Origin: the human T2T-CHM13v2.0 reference genome, Homo sapiens
Assembly: GCF_009914755.1 (NCBI RefSeq)
Contig: NC_060934.1
DNA: 64,000 bases
Direction: 5' to 3' (one strand)
The notes beneath the pieces are model-generated. The model saw only the letters and a program-made list of their open reading frames with translations, was not told where the DNA came from and did not search any database. Below, piece by piece: positions 56,080 through 64,000 of this stretch. Both the position numbers and the translations under genes were made by a program. Numbering within the stretch: position 1 is the stretch's first letter; every line of letters begins with the position of its first letter.

Positions 56080-57100
56080 TTTGTCTTATTATGGTAAGAA
56101 CATTTAACATGAGAGCTACTATCTTATATTAGTCTGTTTTCACACTGCAATAAACAACTGCCCGAGACTGGGTAATTTATAAAAAAAAAAAAAAAGGTTT
56201 AATTGACTCATAGTTTCACATGGCTGGGGAGGCCTCAGGAAACTTACAATCATGGCAGAAGGAGAAGCAAGTATGTCTTACATGGCAACAGCTGAGAGAG
56301 AGAAAGAGAAGGGCAAAGAGCCGCTTATAAAACCTTCCGATCCCATGAGAACTCACTCACTATCACAAGAACAGCATGGGGGAAACCACCCCCATGATCC
56401 AATCACCTCCTACCAGGTCCCTCCCTCGACACATGGGGATTATGGGGATTACAATTTGAAATGAGATTTGGGTGGGGACACACAGCCAAACAATATCACC
56501 TCTTAAAAAACATTTAAATGTACAATACAATATTGTTAACTAGAGGCACAATGCTGTACAGCCAATCTCTAGAACTTATTCATTTTGCATAATGGAAATT
56601 TTATACACACTGAACAGTAACCACTATTTCTTCCTGTCCCCAACCCTTGGAAATCACAATTCTACTCTCTGTTTTCTTGCGTTTGACTCTTTTAGATACC
56701 TCATATAAGTGGAATCATGTAGTATATGTCCTTTTATGGCATGCTTATTTCACTTAGTATAATGTCCTTCAGGTTCATCCATGTTGCAGCACATGGTAAG
56801 ATTTCCTTCTTTTTTAACACCAAATAATATTAAGTTGCCTGTATAGACCACATTTTCTTCCATATCTTGGCTATTGTGAAAAACACTGCAATAAACATGG
56901 AAATGCTGATATCTCTCTAAGAGCCTGATTTCAGGGTGTTTTGGGATATATACTCAGAAGCGGGATTGGATTGCTAGATCATATGATAATTCCATGTTTA
57001 ATTTTTGGAGGAAACTCCATATTGTTTTCCATAGTGGCTGTTCATTCTACATTCTTACCAACAAGGGTTCCAGTTTCTGCATATGTTCACCAATACGTGC
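56080..57100 (-). mobile_element. L1MA9/L1MB-like 3' end split by THE1
   Basis: tggtaagaacatttaacatgaga|THE1|cctcttaaaaaac...ctctagaacttattcat...ttagatacctcatataagtggaatcatg...ggaaactccatattgttttccatagtggctg. Confidence 0.85.
56125..56498 (-). mobile_element. THE1D-like MaLR solo LTR
   Basis: attagtctgttttcacactgc...gagactgggtaatttataaa...ggggaggcctcaggaaacttacaatcatggcagaagg...gagatttgggtggggacacacagccaaacaatatca. Confidence 0.93.
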
Positions 57101-57379
57101 TTTTTTAAATAATGGCTACATTTTTTTTCTTTCAACTCTAGTCCATTGTGCATTTTTCTACTATCTTACTGGCCTTTTCACACTGATTCATAGAACTCTC
57201 TATATTAAGGAAACTAGCTATTTCTGCTCTGAGTTCTTAATATTTTTTCCAAGTTTGTCATTTCTATCTTGATTTTAATATGACTTATTTTTCCAAGCAT
57301 AAATTTATTTTTATATAAATTTATTTGTAAATGGTACCAAATGCTGATTCAGTATTTCTCCATTACTTACTGTTCCTGT

Positions 57380-57800
57380 CTCAACCTTCAAAACTGCTTC
57401 ACTTAAACTCTACTGAATTACTTGCAGGGTCCAATTATGCCATGTCTTTCCCATCTATGGGCTCTTGTATATGTTGCTTCTTCTTTGTGCAACGTTCTCT
57501 CAATACTTTTCTCCTGACTAATTGCTACTGGTCATTCAAGACTTGGCTAAAAGGCTGCTTTTACAGCAAAGGCTTTCCTTAACTCCTCAAGGCTGGTTTC
57601 AATGGCCTTGCCCTATTCTTTCATAGCATCTTATGTGCACTCTGATCAGAACATCACCCTTCTGTAATGTAATTAGCTACTTCCCTGCTTTCTCCCTTAG
57701 ATCATTAAGGGAAAAAACTATATTTCATTCATTAATTATTGTATCTTCAGCCTCTAGCCCACTGGCTAGCATACAAAGCAGGTGCTCAATAAGTGCTTAA
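57380..57800 (+). mobile_element. L2 LINE 3' end
   Basis: ctactggtcattcaagac...ttgtatcttcagcctctagc...aagcaggtgctcaataagtgc. Confidence 0.6.
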
Positions 57801-57864
57801 GAAAAAAGTAAGGAAATAAGAAAAAGCAAAGGATGGAGAGAGAGTGGGAGTGAAACATAGAGGG

Positions 57865-58270
57865 CAATATGGGCTGAATTGTGTCTCCCTTAAGTTCATG
57901 TGTTGAAGCCCTAACCCCTGGTGTCTCAGAATGTGACTGTATTAGGAGATAGAGCATTTAGAAAGGTGATTAGGATAAAGTGAAGCCTTTAGGGTGGGCC
58001 CTAATCCAATTTGACTGGTGTCCTTAAGAGGACAGGAAATGTGGACACTAAGAAATACACCAAGGATGCACAACACAAAATAAAGACCTTGTAAGGACAC
58101 AGCGAGAAGGCAACCATCTGCAAGCCACAGAGAGAAGCCTCAGATGAAACCAACCTGCCATCACCTTGATCTTGGACTTCTAGCTCCAGAACCGTGAGAA
58201 AATAAATTTCTGTTGTTTAAGCTATCCAGTCTGTGCCATTTTGTTATGGCAGCCCTAGCAAACTAACACA
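57865..58270 (+). mobile_element. MLT1A0-like MaLR solo LTR
   Basis: tatgggctgaattgtgtc...agggtgggccctaatccaat...gaaggcaaccatctgcaagcc...aataaatttctgttgtttaagc...gccctagcaaactaacaca; TSD gaggg/aaggg. Confidence 0.9.
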
Positions 58271-58908
58271 AAGGGTTAGAAGATATAGAAGGAAAAATGG
58301 TTGGATAAGGAAATATCTAAATCTGGACATTAGAGGAATACAGAAACATTCATGAGTTCTGGCAAGAAAGTCACAACTGAGGAAAAAATTATAATTCTTT
58401 ATTTTCCATTCAGGACAAAGAGATAAAGCTGATTTTAAACTAAAACCTTTGTTCTTTAGATTATAATGTGAATATGTAATTAAATTTTATTTTGATTAGG
58501 CAAGGCTCTTTCAGTTATAATTCTTACGGAATTAAGTCATAAACTACAATGGAATTACATGGTATGAGAACTTAGTCTGATTATAATAAGCCACTCAAGC
58601 TTAAGAAGGCATATGCATTCATGGCTATATTTCATTGTTGAGACTGCAAAGAAGTCCCTAAAATTTCTAGTCCATCTATAAAGTTGGTATTTTTCTGATT
58701 TAGTATTTTCCTCTTTACTACAGGGATAGTTTGTTTCAAAAAGATGCTTTTCTTAGAAAATGAAGTTTGACACAAAGGCATACTGGATTGCATTATAAAA
58801 AAAGAAAAATTAATTATTGGACACCAAGTCCTTGAGAGTGCTTTTGTAGTCATATGTTTCATCTCTGTTGACAGCTGTATTTTTGTACAGCATTTAAAAC
58901 CATCTACT

Positions 58909-58977
58909 GACTTTGACAAACTGTCCATTTCCCTTCAGATATACCGACTTTGACAAACTGTTCATTTTCCTTCAGAT
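58909..58977. repeat. Tandem duplication, period 37 bp
   Basis: GACTTTGACAAACTGT(C/T)CATTT(C/T)CCTTCAGAT twice, 30/32 identical. Confidence 0.9.
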
Positions 58978-61076
58978 TTTGGGAAATTCAATATGTCTAT
59001 GACAATACACCAACCATTAAGTGAGATCAAGTCATATCTAGTTTTCATTTCAAAATATGATAGAACTGTGTGGAATTATATTCTATCTATATTATGATAG
59101 CTATGATCTGGAGGTGACATGGTTAATTTCCCTGGCAGACTATAAAATCACCCAGCTAGGAATGGTGAAAGCTGTTAATCAGAAAGATAACCTTTGAAAG
59201 CCTTACTCCTTTCATAATGGTTGCTAGTTAAATATGAACATCTGGGAAACAATTATGAATTCATTGTGCATAAATCTATTGCCCTATGTACAGAACTCCT
59301 TTTTATTACAAACAGACTTTACATAATAAGGAAAGAATAAATGTATCAACTTTTCATTTTTTACCACATACTTATTTGATGCACCATTTATTAACAAAAT
59401 CAACATTGTCCTTGGATGTCCATAACACTGGTTATAAAATAGAGATAATAATATTTGGTTGAGAACATATCTAAAAGGTTTAATGTTTTAGCAATGCTTT
59501 GAAATTTTAAATGGTTTGAATGTGCTAATTTTTACAATATTGTCTCAAACGTTTACTTTGATATTTATTTTACATGGTATGTAATATGAACTGAGAAAAA
59601 TGGCCTTTGTTTTTTACATAAATACATAACGGTTGATAAATTTTAAAAAGTGACTTCCATGAGCCATTTATTCATCTAATATTTTTACTGCCAATTTTAA
59701 GATAATCTTTCAACATGGGCACCTATACTATTCAGTTAAAGAAATTTCTTCGAAACTTCTCATAAACACAAATGCCTGAAGGCCTAAATTACTTATAAAA
59801 AGTGAAAAGCGAAAGAGACTCATATAATCTTTAACTGAATAAATATTTTTCCACCTAACCAAATCTGACTGCCAACACCAGAAGGTTTGGAGAGAAAATT
59901 TTCATACCATTTGAAAAGGAACACTGAATTTTACACAATGGGAAAAAAATAAATAGATTATAGCTCTGGCTAATGGTATTAAAACATTAAGATTCTTTTG
60001 TTATAAATCTTAATTTTGTGAAGTATGTAACTAGGACAGGCCCTAATCCCAAATGAAATTTAATTGAAAGTTGTTTTTGGAAACATGGTAAGAGAGATTT
60101 CTCTTTTTAGTGTTGCCAAATAGAGCTGACTCTAGATGCTTCTTCATTGTCACTTCAGCCAAGTTAGACCATAATGAGAACTAGTCTTTTTGTCTTTAAT
60201 CCAACAGCTTAAATAAAATTTAAGCCCTAGATTTTTTATTAAAATACATGAAAAAGGGGCTTTCAGAAAACTTGGCATTAAGGATACACATATTTACCCA
60301 TAACAGTAAGTAGCATGCATATGTATAATGTAACCCACAGGCAAAATATAGTATGCATCTGTTCATTTATACTTGTGGATAAGGGATTTTTATTCCCTAC
60401 AGTAAACCTTTCTACATTAACATTGAAGGAAAAAAATTCTGTCAATACATCAATATGAAAAAAAGGATTGCTAAAGAAGAAGGCTAAAATACACTGTAAA
60501 TTAAGTTAGAAAATCTTGTTAGAGATCCTTACAACATGTCATTTACATTTGTGACATTTAACAAAATTGCAATTGAATAAATATCAGTATAATTGGTTTG
60601 CTGTTCATCTCTCCCATTATACTATGAACTGCAAAAGCTTAATCTTGAGTATCTAGCAAGATAGGCACATGATCAAATACAAACAGATGGAAAGCTAAAG
60701 TCCAGGGTAAACCTGGGATGCTTAAGCACTTGTTTTGGAAAAAAATCACTGTCTACCTAGAGAGAGGAGAAAAGGAACAGTAAGAAGTAACGTGGATTGT
60801 CCACCTACTATGGGTACTACAGGTCAGCTCCTATGGTATAGATGTATCGCTGCTGTTAATACAATAGCTCTAGAGAGAAAGTATCACAGCCTCCATTAGA
60901 CAGCTGGGAAACTGATAAGAAAGAGATTAAGTGACCCTCCTCATTAGTAAAGTCCAGGACTACATCCCTGTACTCTTTCCATTTGACCCTTGTATATCTC
61001 TAAAGAAAGAAAAGATAGTCCTTTAGCTTTTAGTTTCATAAAGGAGAAAACTAATACTTTCTCCATCTTCCACATT

Positions 61077-61245
61077 AGTGATTCAAAAGCTTGGCTGCTC
61101 ATTAGAACCATTTGAGAACTGTTTAAAAAGCATCTGAGTCCTACAGCCAGATATCCTGATTCAGAGATCTGGGATCCTCCCAGGCATTTCTGTATTTAAA
61201 AATCTCCACAGGTGAACCTAATGTGCATTCAGGCTTGAACTGCTA
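61077..61245. mobile_element. MER5B-like fragment
   Basis: agtgattcaaaagcttggctgctcattagaacc...cctgattcag...ctccacaggtgaacctaatgtgca. Confidence 0.65.
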
Positions 61246-61750
61246 TTCTTTTCTAAGCCTATCAAATATTCTATCCTTATCCTGCCCCAAATTATAAGCA
61301 TCTTCCTGATTGAAAGGATATTAGAAATGTTTGCACACTTCTAAATTCCAGGCATTGTATAAAAGGGTTTCATATATATATTGCCTCCCACATGTAATCT
61401 CATTTATTAGACAGTAGACTAATGCTTACATAGGCATAATTATCATTCCCTTAATCTTATAAAAACAACATATATATATTTATATAATTTCTAAAACATA
61501 CCTTGTGTCTCTCTTAAAAATGTCAAATATGTTGTTCATTTCAAGATGTCTTTAACAACCAGAAAAAAAAAAGAAACAGAAAAAAGGCTTCCACTAAGCC
61601 CAAGAAGCTTAAGGATTCTATTTGTGCTGCTTCCTGACCCTACCTATTAAAATGCAGTATCTCTAATGTCCTATAAAGCCCTTCACAAATATTTATGGAT
61701 CCCCAAGGGTTATCTTATGTGTGCTCTTGAATAAGCACTGCCAGCTACAT

Positions 61751-61825
61751 AGATATATATCTGATATATATCACATATATATGATATATATCACATATAT
61801 ATGATATATATCATATATAGATGAT
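61751..61825. repeat. 20-bp AT-rich tandem repeat (about 3.5 copies)
   Basis: Unit TGATATATATCACATATATA. Confidence 0.9.
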
Positions 61826-63429
61826 ACCTGACATTTTGTTCTCTTTTCCTGCACTAGGTATCCCCCATATCCATGATGTCTGAAACTCAGTCTCTGAGGT
61901 CTTCAATGTTGTCTAAATGTATTTAGCGCTGCCTCCAGCTGACATATCACTAATTTACCACTGTAACTTGCTGGATACTGCTGCCTTTGCCAAACATTGT
62001 GCCCATGTCTTATGGATACCACAATCTCCTGTTGCATTCTGGCCAGTGAACCTGAGTCCCCGAAGACCTAAAGTTGCTCTGGGTTCTCTGAAATTCATAA
62101 TATGTAGAAGTTACTCTGTGTTGCATGAAAAGTGGACAGCTGTCTGGAAGTGCCTCATTCCCTGATTCAGGGATGTAATTTTTCACACAAATACTGAAGA
62201 GGTACTGCTCCAAAGGCTCCCAAGACTTTAGTGAGAAGTTCTTTGTTTTTCTCTACAGTTCTTTCCTGCCTATCTCCCTATAAGAGTCACAGGGTATTTT
62301 AAGGGGGAATGTCCAGTACATGAATCAAGTGATGGGCACAATGATATTCTCAGAAGTATCACTCACAACAATTATTAAAGTTTTGTTAATAGTTCAACTT
62401 TGTCTACCTTCATCCTCCCTGGGAAGGAGTTCTCTCCCCAGAAATGCTATCTAGTCTCTCTTGTGAATTGTCTTCTGGCAGGTCAGTTTCACCAATCTCA
62501 TAGACATGCCCAAACGTGTGGGCATTTGGGTGACAGGGCTGGCTTAGGCTCAAGCTAGGGACACCATGATAGCCACATAAATGTGAAACTGTTTCTTGGC
62601 ATATTAGTTAAGAAAAGAAATTGATGATTGAGGTAGTAAGAGGCAGGTAATCCTATATGTTGCCTCTTATTTGCCATCTTCCACATCTCACACATATGGC
62701 ACAGATGATCCATATCTCTGAATAAATATTTTATTCAACATATGCATAAAAACCTCCTCCTGGAGGAAAAGTTCTAAATCCAGAATAGAATCATGTCCCC
62801 AGAATACTGGCCTATTAAAACAAACTTGGAAGAGTTGTAGGAAGGGGTAAATTATCAGATGCCAAGATCCTATGTAAATACTAGTTTATACTACCTTAAC
62901 AGTCTTCCTGAAGATTTCACTTTTTTTCCCCTTCTATGAATCTGTTCTTTGCTCTGCCTCCCTCTCTCTCCAACCATCAAAGTCTTGGCTGGGCTTCTCG
63001 TTCTTCCTCATGGGATATCATTTCCTGTTCACGGGTGTTGCTGCTTCAGGTCTTTATGAAAAATGTGCTTAAAATTTCTTCCATCCAGTCATCTTATTCC
63101 TGAGTCAGTTTCTTCTGGTTCGAATCTTAATCCTGGGTAATCTATTTACCTTGTCCCAACTTTCAAAGATACTGCCTTTTAGGAGTTTCTAAAAATCTCA
63201 AGTTTCCATGAAGGTAGAAGCTTCTACCATGATAAAATGCAGGTGATTTCATCAAGTCCTGTAATGTCTACACCTGCATCACTCTAATTCTTTAACCCAC
63301 TACACCTGAGCTATGTTTGTTTCCCTGATAAAGACTATGCTTTGACAGAATTGATTGGATGATTGGAGCAATGGCAAAAGCAAGGCCCTAGAATAATTGT
63401 GTTTAATATCCTGACTCTGTTTCGTTCAC

Positions 63430-64000
63430 AGGTTCATGTGGTCTGAAATGTTGGGACTTCCTCCTGCAGATGATGGGGAACTACTGCAGGTTTTAGATCA
63501 GGGTTATATAATACAATTCAGTCTGTCCCTAATGGGCAATATGAATTAATGAAGGAGGACACTAAGGCAGGTGATAATTAGAATATAACAGAATAAGAGG
63601 GCAACAGAATTTTTAAAAATAAATGAGGTTTAAGGTGAAGAATGTGTGTGTCAGCTATGGAAATGCAACTATCATAACTGGCAACAATTTGAAAGACAAT
63701 AAAATGTACTAGGTTTAGGACAAAACACATTTCAGATAATGGTATTTAAGTTAGCTGATGACACAGAACTGGGGCTTGGAGACAGAAAGTATAAACATAA
63801 GTAAAAAGAAAAAGAGTTAAAATTGTGGTACAGAATCATATCACCAAAGAAAATGACAGAGAGAATAGAACACCAAGGACTAAGTCAACCTGGGAATAGC
63901 CATAGTTAGCAGAATGTCAGGGGAGAAAAGTGAGGTTCAGATTTTAGCTAATAAGTGAACATTAGAAGGCCGATTTCCATCATAAAGCTTGTTAAATGGT
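63430..64000 (-). mobile_element. L2 LINE fragments
   Basis: gatggggaactactgcaggttttag...gagaatagaacaccaaggactaag, antisense L2 body. Confidence 0.5.

Larger units (their letters stand above)
55090..57330 (-). mobile_element. Old L1M (L1ME-like) host with nested L1 and THE1 insertions
   Basis: Antisense L1 3' motifs at about 55090-55450, 55690-56075 and 57100-57330, plus a second L1 3' end at about 55450-55690. Confidence 0.7.

Overview
Primate (human-like) nuclear DNA: AT-rich, CpG-depleted, with no CpG island. It reads as intronic or intergenic sequence dominated by interspersed repeats: 7 Alu/FLAM copies (several with intact target-site duplications), L1PA/L1MA/L1M fragments, MaLR and ERVL solo LTRs (MLT1, MST, THE1, MER77-like), DNA transposon relics (Tigger3a, MER5, MER3, MADE) and many MIR/L2/L3 remnants and microsatellites. 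No ORF in the supplied track is a recognisable protein. I see no rRNA, tRNA, CRISPR array or prokaryotic system, and I cannot name the locus. The best non-repeat signal is a set of small minus-strand exon-like units with plausible splice sites (32433-32450, 31088-31169, 10731-10786, 9248-9271/9323, 1983/1854-2022); three of them join in one open frame. They could be exons of a lncRNA or host gene, or simply pseudo-exons. The other notable items are transposon-history structures (two twin-primed L1 inversions, nested insertions, an unexplained insert within an L1), local duplications and palindromes. I found no convincing novel biological system. Repeat subfamily calls come from remembered consensus sequences, and boundaries are approximate unless a TSD is given.
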